From: a virus
Taxonomy: Duplodnaviria; Caudoviricetes
Direction: 5' to 3' (one strand)
DNA length: 50,031 nt
Virus record (IMG/VR): IMGVR_UViG_3300017991_001587
Coordinates: 1-50,031 of that record
Shown: piece by piece, positions 1-9,050 of the stretch
Numbering within the stretch: the first letter of the stretch is position 1
Layout: every line of letters starts with the position of its first letter
The notes under the pieces: generated by a model
What the model was told of the DNA's origin: nothing
The model's database searches: none
Seen by the model: the letters and a program-made list of their open reading frames with translations, nothing else
Program-made: the position numbers and the translations under genes

Positions 1-20
1 AAGGGGGCGTTGCCCGAACC

Positions 21-1025
21 ATGTTCGCGCTCGGGCAAGACCTTCGCGAATCGCTCGGAATCGAATGGACGAGCGGTGTTCGAGAAGTGTTTGAAGGGAA
101 GCGCACCGTTGCGGGTGCGGCGAAGTCGTCGGTTCGGATCGATCAATTGAAGCTTGCTCACCGAATCGATGGTGAATCTAACGTGAGCCTGACAAGCGTT
201 CGCGGGAAGATCGAACGCACCGGATCGGGAATGACCTACACCGATCCGGTTGTCGTCGTTCGGAAGGGCGGCGAGATGTTCGTGATCATGGGAGCCGACG
301 AAGTTGCCGCGCAACGCTTGCTCGGTCGCTTCAAGGTCGATGCGATCGTGATCGACTATGAAGCAACCGCGCTCGCGAAAGAACGAGCGAAGGCGGCGAA
401 GGTTGTGATGGGGTTGACCGAGCTTCCGAAGGCGACTCGGGTTGCGCTCGGGCACCGATTGGAAGTGCAAGATCGCGACACGCCGCTTGTTCGCGAGCGA
501 TTGCAGGACATCGGACAGATCCCGACTATTGTATTCGAGCGGCTTGCCGAAACGAATTGGGCGGGCATCCGACTCGGGAACAAGGGCATGGGAAAGTTGT
601 TCCCTTGGCTATCGGGAAAGCAACCGCGCGGTTGGGAAGCGGGTTCGACGTGGGATGAAGTCGCGGGCGTTTATTCGGGGTCGCGGCGTATGGTCGGCAT
701 CGGTGCGGGAAGGGGAGCGGGTGCGGGATCGAAGCGCGGGGTCGCGGCGCACGAAGTCGGGCATGCAATCGGTGATCGACTCGGGTTCGATGATCATGCG
801 ACAACCCGCAAAGCGCACCGCCGCTTGTATAAGGCGGGCAAGCTCACAAGCTACGAAAAGCAGGAAGGTCCGGGCGGGCAAGCGGGGCGACAAGAGTTCT
901 TCGCGGAAACGATCGGATGGATCTCGACGCGAGGTTATGCGGTCGCGGTTGCGCGGTATGATAGCGAATGGATCGACTTCGTTGTTCGCGAAGTGTTCGG
1001 CGGGAAGGGAAACGTGAAGCCATGA
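21..1025 (+). CDS. Head-module protein with degenerate ParB-like domain plus zincin metallopeptidase (ATLF/MPTase-like) domain; possibly 5'-truncated by the window edge
   Basis: HEVGH zinc motif with downstream QEFFAE. The segment PVVVVRKGGEMFVIMGADEVAAQRLLG..VDAIVID is ParB-like. The frame is open to the window start. Lies upstream of scaffold/capsid, where MuF-type fusions usually sit. Confidence 0.6.
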   Translation: MFALGQDLRESLGIEWTSGVREVFEGKRTVAGAAKSSVRIDQLKLAHRIDGESNVSLTSVRGKIERTGSGMTYTDPVVVVRKGGEMFVIMGADEVAAQRLLGRFKVDAIVIDYEATALAKERAKAAKVVMGLTELPKATRVALGHRLEVQDRDTPLVRERLQDIGQIPTIVFERLAETNWAGIRLGNKGMGKLFPWLSGKQPRGWEAGSTWDEVAGVYSGSRRMVGIGAGRGAGAGSKRGVAAHEVGHAIGDRLGFDDHATTRKAHRRLYKAGKLTSYEKQEGPGGQAGRQEFFAETIGWISTRGYAVAVARYDSEWIDFVVREVFGGKGNVKP

Positions 1026-1219
1026 CACCGCAACGCTTGGATGGAGATCGGTTGCTTGTTCCGCAACGCGGCGAGATCGTCGACGGCGAAGATGCGGGAA
1101 CGTTGACGGATTCGATGATCGAGATCGGACCCGACCATCCCGACTACGCCGAATGGCTTGCCGAAGTCGAACGTGAAGAAGCGTTCGAGATCATGGTTGC
1201 CGAAACGATCGGGCGATAG
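1022..1219 (+). CDS. Small acidic hypothetical protein
   Basis: ATGA overlap with the upstream stop; typical codon usage. Confidence 0.6.
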   Translation: MTPQRLDGDRLLVPQRGEIVDGEDAGTLTDSMIEIGPDHPDYAEWLAEVEREEAFEIMVAETIGR

Positions 1220-1225
1220 CGCGGT

Positions 1226-1263
1226 TTGCCCGTCGAGCGGCTTCACGGTACGCTCGACGCATG
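1226..1263 (+). promoter_or_regulatory. Sigma70-like leaderless promoter TTGCCC-N17-TACGCT-N6-ATG
   Basis: Exact spacing. Shares CGTCGAGC-N5-CACGGTACGCTCGACGCATGGCC with the element at 23367-23404. Confidence 0.65.
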
Positions 1264-1518
1264 GCCAAGCCCTTCAAGCTCGCAACGTCGACGCCGCCCC
1301 GCGATTCGTCGGGGCGCTTCACCCAACCGATACCGCCCGCACCGCCGCAAGTTGCCGACGAAGCACGTCGCGACGGAACATCCGCCGACGTCGCCGCGAA
1401 CGAAGTTGCGGTCGCGGATCACCCGACGCCCGGAAGCGCGAAGCGCGGGGAAGAGATCCCATGGCCGAAAGCTGGACCCGTCAACGACGCGGGAAACAAG
1501 CCGATGCGGGTATCGTGA
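1261..1518 (+). CDS. Small disordered protein with PRDSSGRF motif (putative head-associated)
   Basis: ORF directly after the leaderless promoter; RDxxGRF motif also present in 21766-22239. Confidence 0.6.
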   Translation: MAKPFKLATSTPPRDSSGRFTQPIPPAPPQVADEARRDGTSADVAANEVAVADHPTPGSAKRGEEIPWPKAGPVNDAGNKPMRVS

Positions 1519-1528
1519 GATCGTCGCG

Positions 1529-1558
1529 TTGACGATCGAGCGGCGCGCACGTTAGCCT
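1529..1558 (+). promoter_or_regulatory. Sigma70-like promoter TTGACG-N18-TAGCCT
   Basis: Intergenic, upstream of a GGAG RBS and ATG 1581. Confidence 0.5.
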
Positions 1559-1580
1559 TCACGACGAAACGGAGTTGAAC

Positions 1581-1841
1581 ATGGCAAGCGGAACGAAGAG
1601 CCCTTTCGGGAACGGCAACGGCGGCATGAACGAAGGTCGAGCCGCCCCGAACAACTTCTTGCAGAACCCCGGCGGCAATGCGGGAAGCAAGGGGCGTGAC
1701 GTCATGGCGACGCAAGGCGAGCCCGCCACGACCGGCGAGCCCGAGAACGCCGAATCGGTTCCGGCGGGCGGCAAGATCCCGATCGTCGAGTCGCCCGAAG
1801 CAAACCGTTCGATGCCGTTCAAGCTCGGTGGCGGCGAATAA
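1581..1841 (+). CDS. Small Gly/Asn/Pro-rich hypothetical protein
   Basis: GGAG RBS; C-terminal PFKL motif shared with the 1261 protein. Confidence 0.65.
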   Translation: MASGTKSPFGNGNGGMNEGRAAPNNFLQNPGGNAGSKGRDVMATQGEPATTGEPENAESVPAGGKIPIVESPEANRSMPFKLGGGE

Positions 1842-1850
1842 GGGGAACCC

Positions 1851-2258
1851 ATGGGACAGATCGACCTACAAGGCGCGTTGATCGGTGGACCGCCGAGCGG
1901 CGGCGACACGTTCCCCGCTTCGACGTTCTCGGTTCCCCTTCGCATGCGCACGACCCCGAAGGGGTTCGGTGTTGCAACCGGCGTCTTGACGCGGCTTGTC
2001 GCTTCGCCCGCCGCATTCGTCGCGCTCTCGGGCGTCGGGTCGGGCGACACCGTGACGCAAGCGGATGTTCTGTACTTCAAGCCGAGCGGTCCGGTCGATC
2101 TTCGGCTCACGACCGACGATGGGGTCGGCGGCAACGTTGTCGCGGTCGTGCCCATCGACGGGATCACGATGCTCGAATTCCCGACGTCGAAGTTCTTGAA
2201 GTTGCTCGAAGTACAAGGGAGCGCAACGGTCGAATACTTCGCGAGCGGTCAACGCTAG
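1851..2258 (+). CDS. Hypothetical virion structural protein
   Basis: AGGGG RBS, beta-rich sequence, head module position. Confidence 0.65.
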   Translation: MGQIDLQGALIGGPPSGGDTFPASTFSVPLRMRTTPKGFGVATGVLTRLVASPAAFVALSGVGSGDTVTQADVLYFKPSGPVDLRLTTDDGVGGNVVAVVPIDGITMLEFPTSKFLKLLEVQGSATVEYFASGQR

Positions 2259-2292
2259 CGCGATCAAACGGTACGAGTAGGGAGATCAGAAC

Positions 2293-2994
2293 ATGACGAT
2301 GAAAGCTTCTTTCAACCGGGCGAACCCGAACACGTTGGCCGACTTGTTCCGCAAGATCGGGCTGGGCGACTTGCTTCGGGGTCAGATCAACCAGTCGCTT
2401 CGGATGGCCGAACCCGCCGCCGACGTGAGCCAGCTTGCGACGCTCGAAAGCTTCGGGCTCGCGGCGAAGAACACCGCCGCCGCCGAGATCACCCGAGCCT
2501 ATGCCCGAGCGACGAACGCGGCGGGTACGCTCGGTGAGCTTGCGATCCAAGCGCCGAACGCAACGCCCGCCGACGCGCAGATCGCGGTTGCACCCAACGG
2601 CGACATCGTTGTTCTCGCGGCGTCGGACTATGTCGACGTCGACGTCGAGTATGTTCCCGCGCGCGGCGAAGTTGTCACGCTCGAAGATCAAGTCGTCGTC
2701 GCGAACGTGTTCGCGATTCCCGCCGAATACGCCGATCGCGGCGTCGTGTATCTCATGGCGGCAACGGGTCGCACGGTCGCGGGCGTCGCGACCGACAAGA
2801 TCATCGTCGCGCCCGGTGCGCCCGCCGCGACGCAAGCGGCGCTCGACGTGCCGAAGGCGAACGTCAACTTCAACGCCGCCGATGCGGTCGTGTCGTGCGA
2901 CGTGACGTTGCTCGTGTCGCCTTCCCGCGACATCGACGACGAACCCGTCGATCTCGACACCGCGCTCGAAGACACTTCCGACTTGATCATGTAG
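2293..2994 (+). CDS. Putative head decoration/structural protein
   Basis: GGAG RBS, Ala/Val/Asp-rich beta sequence, upstream of scaffold. Confidence 0.55.
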   Translation: MTMKASFNRANPNTLADLFRKIGLGDLLRGQINQSLRMAEPAADVSQLATLESFGLAAKNTAAAEITRAYARATNAAGTLGELAIQAPNATPADAQIAVAPNGDIVVLAASDYVDVDVEYVPARGEVVTLEDQVVVANVFAIPAEYADRGVVYLMAATGRTVAGVATDKIIVAPGAPAATQAALDVPKANVNFNAADAVVSCDVTLLVSPSRDIDDEPVDLDTALEDTSDLIM

Positions 2995-3036
2995 GTCGAC
3001 GCCCGTCGATCGAAGCGCGCACGAAAGGGAGGATAG

Positions 3037-3987
3037 ATGCCAGGAACCGATCCAAGGGGCGGCGCGACGGCGCAACCCCGCACAAGTCAACCGTTCACGG
3101 GTTCGTCGACGGGCGAACCCGTGTCGACCGAACCCGCCGCAACGCCCGACGACGGGGCGCAACCGCCCGCACAAGCGACGACCGGCGAACCGGCGGGTGC
3201 GAACCCGCCGACGACCGGCGAGCCCGCCGAAGGGGCGGCAAGCGGCGGCGAAGGTGAGCCCGAAGGCAAGGCGAAGATCACGTTGACCGAAGAAGCGTTC
3301 GCGTCGCGGCTCGACCGCGCGAAGCGGCAAGCCGAACGCGATGCTCGGGCGGCGGTTCTTCGCGAGCTTGGGATCGAAGATCCGAAGTCGCTCGAAACGG
3401 AACGCGCCGAGCTTCGAGCACTTCGTGAAGCTCGCGAGAAAGCCGAACGTGAGAAGCTCACGAAAGAACAGAAGCTCGAAGCGGATCTCGAAGCCGAACG
3501 GCAGAAGCGCGAAGCGCTCGAAACGCAACTTCGGCAAGTCAAGACCGAAAGCGTGTACGACAAGCAAGACGCGATGATCCAAGGGATCGGCGCTCGACAC
3601 ATCGACCCCGGATTCTGGAAGTACGCCCGGAACGATTTCGTCGAATATGTGTCGGGATTGACGCCCGCCCAAACCGCAAGGTTGACCGAAAAGGACATCG
3701 ACCGATGGTTCGCGAAGTTCGCTCGCGAGAAGCCCGCGTTCGCATTGCGTCAACCCGAACCGCCGAAGGAAGGCGACGCCGCCGAGCCGCCGAAGCCGCG
3801 ACGTCGACCGATCACGACGACGACGCCCGCCGCTCGTGTCGCGACACCGCCGAACCCGCGCGGCGGTCAATCGGCGGATCCGAGCTTGTCGCCCGAAGGC
3901 AAGACCTTCCGACCGGGGCAACCCAACAGCATGACGCGAGCCGAAGCCCGTGCCGAGTTGAAGCGACGCGGCATTCGTGGCTGGTAG
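3037..3987 (+). CDS. Capsid scaffolding protein
   Basis: GGAGG RBS; disordered N-terminus plus charged coiled coil (EKLTKEQKLEADLE); immediately upstream of the major capsid gene. Confidence 0.7.
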   Translation: MPGTDPRGGATAQPRTSQPFTGSSTGEPVSTEPAATPDDGAQPPAQATTGEPAGANPPTTGEPAEGAASGGEGEPEGKAKITLTEEAFASRLDRAKRQAERDARAAVLRELGIEDPKSLETERAELRALREAREKAEREKLTKEQKLEADLEAERQKREALETQLRQVKTESVYDKQDAMIQGIGARHIDPGFWKYARNDFVEYVSGLTPAQTARLTEKDIDRWFAKFAREKPAFALRQPEPPKEGDAAEPPKPRRRPITTTTPAARVATPPNPRGGQSADPSLSPEGKTFRPGQPNSMTRAEARAELKRRGIRGW

Positions 3988-4057
3988 AACGCCCGAGAAC
4001 GCGTCGACTCACGGCGACGACCCCAACCCCGATCCGCCCCCCTTCAAGCCCTTCTCG
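3985..4057. repeat. Bipartite element copy 1: CCCGAGAA-N52-TTCTCG
   Basis: CCCGAGAA 3992-3999, interior 4000-4051 (CGCGTC...TCAAGCCC), TTCTCG 4052-4057. Confidence 0.7.
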
Positions 4058-4102
4058 CCCCCTTCCCGCCCGAGCACGCCCGCTTTCGAGCGAGCCGCCG
4101 GA

Positions 4103-4131
4103 TTGACCGGCGGTCCGACGCATGGCACGCT
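4103..4131 (+). promoter_or_regulatory. Major capsid promoter TTGACC-N17-CACGCT (TGG-extended)
   Basis: Exact 17-nt spacer; the -35 lies within the inverted repeat CCGCCGG-ATTGA-CCGGCGG. Confidence 0.6.
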
Positions 4132-4240
4132 CGGGATCGGAAGCGCACGGTCAACACGCGGCACGCCAGCGGTCAATCGGTGGAATCGACACACGTTGCG
4201 CGAAGCTCGAAACGATGTCGAACCATAGGGAGAACCGATC

Positions 4241-5626
4241 ATGTCTCTAGTTCTTGGCGTACCGCCCGCCGTGTTGAAGCTCGTTCAAGAAGGCTTGCTC
4301 GAACGAGCCTTTCACGATGGCTTGTTCCCCGCTCTCATGTATCGCGCCGAAGCGATCTCAGAGGAATGGGCGGCGAACACCGGAACCGAAATCTTCATGT
4401 CGCGACCGGGCTTGCTCGCACCGCAAGTGAAGCCGATCGCACCGGGCGTCGACCCGACCCCGCAAGCGTTGAGCTTCGAGCAATGGGTCGCTCGGCTCGA
4501 ACGCTACGCCGGAACGATCGACACGCACATTCCGACGTCGGTCGTGTCGAACGCCGACTTGTTCCTTCGGAACATCCACCAGCTTGGATTGCAAGCTGGA
4601 CAGTCGTTGAACCGGATCCCGCGCAATTCGCTCTTCAAGGCGTACCTTTCGGGGCACACGCTTTCGATCGCGGCGGCGGGTGCGGCGGCGACGACGGTGC
4701 GCGTCGCGGCGTTGAACGGCTTCACGGATGTCGTGCTCACGGGTTCGCAGGTTCGGCCCGCCCCGGTGTCGGCGGCAACCCCGCTCGCGGTTACGATCAC
4801 CGGCATCGGCACTCGAAACGTGATCGGGTACACGCCCGACAACCCCGACGACCCGTTCGGTCCGGGCACGATCCTTCTCGACGCGGCGCTCGGCGGCGCG
4901 GGCATCGCGGCTCGCACGCCGATCGTCTCTTCGCAAGCACCGCAAGTGATCCGCTCGGGCGGCGGTGCTTCCGTCGACGCGATCGGTGCCGCCGACGTGT
5001 TCGTGTTGCAGGACTTGATCAACGCGGTGAATCGGCTTCGCAAGAACAACGTGCAACCGCACGAAGATGGGTACTACCACGCGCACATCTCGACGGACGG
5101 CAATTCGCAGGTCTTCGCGGATGCTGCCTTCCAGCGCTTGAACACGGCGCTTCCCAACGGGTCGTACTATCAGGAAGCGTTCATCGGAACGATCGCGGGC
5201 GCGTCGAGCTACCTGAACAACGAAGCGCCCGACTTCCAGAATGCGGGCGCTCGCGTCGCGACGGGCGTGAACGCGTTCTATTCGGAAGACATCGGCGCGG
5301 AAACGACGAACGAGACCGGGATCAACATCGGTCGGATCGTTGTCACCGGGCGCGGCGCTTTGGTCGAGAAGTATCTCGACGAAAAGGCGTACGTGACCGA
5401 AGCGGGCGTGACCGGCAAGGTCGGGGAATTCACGATCGTGAACGCGGGGATCGAAGTGCAGACCGAGCGGATTCGGTTGATCCTTCGCGCCCCGTTGAAT
5501 CGCCTTCAAGACGTCGTTGCGGCTTCGTGGTCCTGCACAACGTCGTTCCCCGTTCCGAGCGACGTGTCGAGCGGCGGACCCGAGCGGTACAAGCGCGCCA
5601 TCGTGATCGAACACGCGCTCGATTGA
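4241..5626 (+). CDS. Major capsid protein
   Basis: 461 aa after the scaffold, GGGAG RBS, own promoter, followed by a strong hairpin. Confidence 0.75.
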   Translation: MSLVLGVPPAVLKLVQEGLLERAFHDGLFPALMYRAEAISEEWAANTGTEIFMSRPGLLAPQVKPIAPGVDPTPQALSFEQWVARLERYAGTIDTHIPTSVVSNADLFLRNIHQLGLQAGQSLNRIPRNSLFKAYLSGHTLSIAAAGAAATTVRVAALNGFTDVVLTGSQVRPAPVSAATPLAVTITGIGTRNVIGYTPDNPDDPFGPGTILLDAALGGAGIAARTPIVSSQAPQVIRSGGGASVDAIGAADVFVLQDLINAVNRLRKNNVQPHEDGYYHAHISTDGNSQVFADAAFQRLNTALPNGSYYQEAFIGTIAGASSYLNNEAPDFQNAGARVATGVNAFYSEDIGAETTNETGINIGRIVVTGRGALVEKYLDEKAYVTEAGVTGKVGEFTIVNAGIEVQTERIRLILRAPLNRLQDVVAASWSCTTSFPVPSDVSSGGPERYKRAIVIEHALD

Positions 5627-5633
5627 TCAACTT

Positions 5634-5690
5634 GAACGCGGGGCGGGTCGATCCCGCCCCCCCGGTTGCCCGCCCCGCGTTCCCCTTCTT
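5634..5690 (+). terminator. GC-rich hairpin after the capsid gene (putative terminator/stabiliser)
   Basis: 14-bp stem GAACGCGGGGCGGG / CCCGCCCCGCGTTC followed by CCCTTCTT. Confidence 0.6.
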
Positions 5691-5763
5691 CGTTGCAAGC
5701 CATGCGCAAGAGCGCCGTCGTCGAGCAACCGGCGGCGGCGCTCGCTTGTGGTAGGCTCGACGA

Positions 5764-6354
5764 ATGGATCCCTTGAAGGCATGGGCGAACGTAGCATCGG
5801 GTCGCGGTGTCGCGGTTCCCGATGTCGCGCAATCGACGAAGTACACTTGCGGACCGGCGACGCTCGCGGGCGTGCTTCGGTACTTCGGGAAGCCGACCCC
5901 GACCGAAGGCGAGCTTGCGGCGTTGCTTTGCACGACACCGGGCGAAGGCACGACGTACGACCGGATGGCCGAAGGGGCGCGGGCGTTCGGGCTCGACGCC
6001 GAGATCGTCGAAGGTGCGTCGGTCGGGTATCTCGCCGCGTCGCTCGAAGTCGGAGAGCTTCCGGTCGTGCCGCTTCAAGCGTGGTCGGAAAGCAAGCCGC
6101 CGAGCGGCGGATACAAGGGGCGATGGGACAACGCACACTTCGCGATCGTCGTCGCGATCGACGACGAAGGGATCTTGTTTGAAGATCCCGCGCTCGAAGG
6201 GGCGCGAGCATACTTGACGACCCCCGAATTCGAGTCGCGATGGCACGTCGTTCGGAACGGCAAGCCCGTCGAAGGGCTCGTGATCATCATGCGCGGCGAT
6301 GGACCGGGCGCGCTTCGCTCGCCCCCCCTTGCCGCGCCGAAGTCGATGCCTTGA
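5764..6354 (+). CDS. Peptidase C39-like cysteine protease
   Basis: QSTKYTCGPATLAGVL (QxxxxxCGPA), HFAIVV and EDP motifs; leaderless TAGGCT-N6-ATG. Confidence 0.8.
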   Translation: MDPLKAWANVASGRGVAVPDVAQSTKYTCGPATLAGVLRYFGKPTPTEGELAALLCTTPGEGTTYDRMAEGARAFGLDAEIVEGASVGYLAASLEVGELPVVPLQAWSESKPPSGGYKGRWDNAHFAIVVAIDDEGILFEDPALEGARAYLTTPEFESRWHVVRNGKPVEGLVIIMRGDGPGALRSPPLAAPKSMP

Positions 6355-6379
6355 CGGAACATCGGGGCGTCGACACAAT
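6351..6379 (+). promoter_or_regulatory. Sigma70-like promoter TTGACG-N17-CACAAT
   Basis: Near-consensus with exact spacing, upstream of an AGGAGG RBS. Confidence 0.6.
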
Positions 6380-6399
6380 GCCCGAAGGAGGCATCAAAC

Positions 6400-6738
6400 A
6401 TGCGAACGAAGAAGGAAGAAGAAAAGGTCGAAACGCTCGACGCCGGACCCGTCAAGGATCGGAAGCTCGCACCCGTCGAAGAGCAAGATGCGGCGGCGAC
6501 GACCCCGAAAGGAAGTGCCGTCAAGCCGAGCGACGACGAACCCGAAGGTCCACGCGTGCGATATTTCACGGTGGTCCGTGGCGGTGTCGCGCAAGTCAAC
6601 GGCTTTCGCACCCGCTTGAAGGAAGGCAAGGAAATCGACACGCTCAATTACAACATCCGGGCGTTGCAACGGCAGGGGATCCGCCTTGCCGAGATCGACC
6701 CGACGAAGCGCGACGAACCGATCGAAGAATTGCTATAG
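6400..6738 (+). CDS. Hypothetical protein
   Basis: Strong AGGAGG RBS. Confidence 0.7.
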   Translation: MRTKKEEEKVETLDAGPVKDRKLAPVEEQDAAATTPKGSAVKPSDDEPEGPRVRYFTVVRGGVAQVNGFRTRLKEGKEIDTLNYNIRALQRQGIRLAEIDPTKRDEPIEELL

Positions 6739-6754
6739 CGAAATGGGCGATGGC

Positions 6755-7414
6755 ATGGCCCGCAAGTTGATCGAGATCGAGCGTGACGTGACCGGCAAGA
6801 TCGTCGGGCTCCGATGCACGAGTTGCGGGTCGATGCTGTCACACGGGCGGCGGATGCCGTGCAAGGCTTGTCGCCGCCCGTTGCATGCGGCGGGGGAACG
6901 GAAGCGCCGGGAAGCCCCCGAATATGCCAGGGCAAGCCGCGAAGCAACCAAGCGATGGCGTGAACGAACCCCTGAATACGAACGCGAACGGTCGAAGCGC
7001 CGATGGAGGACCGATCCGGCACACCGTCGTCGCGTGAAGGCGGCGGCGAAGCGATACGCGGAAGCGCACCCCGAATACTACGCGAACGCGGCGCACAAGC
7101 GGCGGGCTCGGGATAAGGCGGTGGGATTCGTGCTCTCGGTCGACGACATCAACACGATCTTCGAAGCACACGGGAACGCTTGTATCTATTGCGGGCGCAC
7201 GGATGCGAAGCTCACGATCGAGCACTTGGTTCCGCCGCCCGAAGGGTCGCATGACTTCGGGAACGTCGTTCCCGCTTGCAAGGCTTGTAATTCGAGCAAG
7301 CGGGATCGCCCGCTCGAAGCCTTCTTGAAGCGGCGGGGGGTCGGCGTCGAATTCCACAAGCGTCGGGCGCTCGGGATCATCCGCTTGTGGGTGGGAGTAA
7401 CGTCATGCCATTGA
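6755..7414 (+). CDS. HNH endonuclease (start uncertain, 6743 or 6755)
   Basis: CIYCG..LTIEHLVP..G.H..GNVVPACKACNSSK HNH signature plus N-terminal CxxC pairs. Confidence 0.85.
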   Translation: MARKLIEIERDVTGKIVGLRCTSCGSMLSHGRRMPCKACRRPLHAAGERKRREAPEYARASREATKRWRERTPEYERERSKRRWRTDPAHRRRVKAAAKRYAEAHPEYYANAAHKRRARDKAVGFVLSVDDINTIFEAHGNACIYCGRTDAKLTIEHLVPPPEGSHDFGNVVPACKACNSSKRDRPLEAFLKRRGVGVEFHKRRALGIIRLWVGVTSCH

Positions 7415-7794
7415 CCGAACAAGAGAAGATCAAGTGCCGTCACCATTTGGGTTTTCTGAACGTTGCCGAAGCGTCGACCTTCGTGCTCGGAACCCCGGCG
7501 GCGGTCGAGACGCAATTCGTGATCGAAGGGGCGATGAATCGGGTTCTCGAAGCGGCGTTGCCCGAGCTTCGTCGGCAATTGCAGATCCTTGACTCGATCG
7601 AAGAACAGATGGTCGCGGATCACGAGCTTCTCGCGGTCGAAAAGATCGGTGAGATCACGTTGCGAAAGGACGAACAAGAAGCCCTTGTGCGCGTGTACGA
7701 CCGATGGCGCGAAAGCCTTGCGAACCTTCTCGGCGTGTACCCGAACCCATGGGACAAGCGCGGCGGCGGGATCAATGTTCCCGTCGTTCACTAG
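7405..7794 (+). CDS. Putative head-tail adaptor
   Basis: Helical protein of about 130 aa downstream of capsid; GGGAG RBS; synteny. Confidence 0.55.
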   Translation: MPLTEQEKIKCRHHLGFLNVAEASTFVLGTPAAVETQFVIEGAMNRVLEAALPELRRQLQILDSIEEQMVADHELLAVEKIGEITLRKDEQEALVRVYDRWRESLANLLGVYPNPWDKRGGGINVPVVH

Positions 7795-7809
7795 ACCGCC
7801 CCGCGCCCG

Positions 7810-7883
7810 CCCGAGAACGCCCCTAGAAGGGCTCGACCGCCCGGTCGACACCCCGAACCCTTCCCCGATACAATCGAGCCCTT
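7810..7883. repeat. Bipartite element copy 2: CCCGAGAACGC-CCCTAGAA-GGGCTCGAC...TCGAGCCC-TT (53-nt interior), containing TCGACA-N18-TACAAT
   Basis: 7808-7838 matches the reverse complement of 21151-21181 with one mismatch. Confidence 0.7.
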
Positions 7884-7892
7884 GGAGGCACC

Positions 7893-8495
7893 ATGCCGAA
7901 GCCGCGCGCCCTATCATCCGCCGAAGCGAGCCGAACCCTTGCCAACCGACTTGGCGTTCGGCTCGCCCCGCGCTTGCGACAACTTGCGACCCGCTTCGGG
8001 ATCCGCTCGAACCGCGTGTTCTTGGTCTGGACACGATGGACCGGCGAGTATCGCGGTGAAGGCGACGAAAAGGTGATCGCTCGGGTCGAGCTACTTCCGA
8101 CGCCCGACGTGTCGCCCGAAACCGCCGTTCAAGGGCAACCATATTCGGCGGGCAAGCTTCCGGTCGGGCAATTGACGATCAACTTGATCTCGCTTCGGTA
8201 CACGAAAGAGATGCTTCAAGGGCGGATCATTCCGTCGACCGACGAAGGCGGCAACCCGATCGTCGCCCCGAAACGAGCAAGCGACGACGTGCGCACCGAG
8301 CCGACAGACTTCTTCTGGGAAGTCGTCGAAGACGGGCGCGGCGACAACCCGCCCGAGCGCGATCGGTATCGCTTGCTCGGTGAGCCCTATCGCAACGAAG
8401 GCAACGTGTGCTGGCAATGCACGATCGAGCGAGCAAGCGAAGACTTCACGCGAGCGGGGCGCACGAAGGTCGGACCCGACCCTTCCGAGTTCTGA
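7893..8495 (+). CDS. Putative head closure/stopper protein
   Basis: GGAGG RBS; beta-rich; synteny. Confidence 0.5.
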   Translation: MPKPRALSSAEASRTLANRLGVRLAPRLRQLATRFGIRSNRVFLVWTRWTGEYRGEGDEKVIARVELLPTPDVSPETAVQGQPYSAGKLPVGQLTINLISLRYTKEMLQGRIIPSTDEGGNPIVAPKRASDDVRTEPTDFFWEVVEDGRGDNPPERDRYRLLGEPYRNEGNVCWQCTIERASEDFTRAGRTKVGPDPSEF

Positions 8496-8501
8496 GTCGA
8501 G

Positions 8502-8522
8502 ATGGATGATCGATCGTCCATG
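8502..8522. repeat. Palindromic element copy 1 (variant ATGGATGATCGATCGTCCATG)
   Basis: Direct reading; TGGATG sits 17 nt before CACGCT-N6-ATG(8538). Confidence 0.95.
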
Positions 8523-8537
8523 TGGCACGCTTGATCC

Positions 8538-9041
8538 ATGCCCGACAAGACGATCAAGCTCGAAGAAGCCGCCGCATGGATCGACGGCGAGTTGAAGCCC
8601 GACATGAAGGCGGCGGCGGTGCGCGGGCTCGTGTCGGCGGCGGCGGCGCTTGTGCAAGAGATCACGCTTCGGATCATTCCAACGAAGTCGCCGCAACCCG
8701 TCGACCGGGGCGTGTTCCGGGCGGGTTGGCGGTCGTACCCCGAAGCCGATGGAGCGACGATCGAGAACACCGAACCGCATGCGGCGTTCATTGAATGGGG
8801 CGTTCGCGGCGGTAGCGTGAAGGTCGGCTTCCCTTTGGTCAACGCGTTGACCGAATGGGTCCAGCGCAAGGGCATCGCATCGGGTGCCGAAGCGCGGTCG
8901 GCGGCGTACGGGATCGCGCTCGCCGCGCAACGTCGCGGGTTCTTCAACGGCGGCACGGGCTTTCGCATTCTCGAAGATGCAATGAAGCTCGCACCCGACA
9001 TCATTCGGCGCGAAGTGGAGAACGAGCTTCGTCGCGTGTAG
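8538..9041 (+). CDS. Neck/tail completion protein (HK97 gp10-like)
   Basis: PVDRGVFRAGW and NTEPHAAFIEWG motifs, typical of the PVDTG..LR.S / YA.YVEFG family. Confidence 0.7.
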   Translation: MPDKTIKLEEAAAWIDGELKPDMKAAAVRGLVSAAAALVQEITLRIIPTKSPQPVDRGVFRAGWRSYPEADGATIENTEPHAAFIEWGVRGGSVKVGFPLVNALTEWVQRKGIASGAEARSAAYGIALAAQRRGFFNGGTGFRILEDAMKLAPDIIRREVENELRRV

Positions 9042-9050
9042 GCTTGACGC

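Noticed and set aside
3977-4228. 83-aa ORF between scaffold and capsid
   Set aside because: Overlaps the repeat element, promoter and leader; no RBS; low complexity
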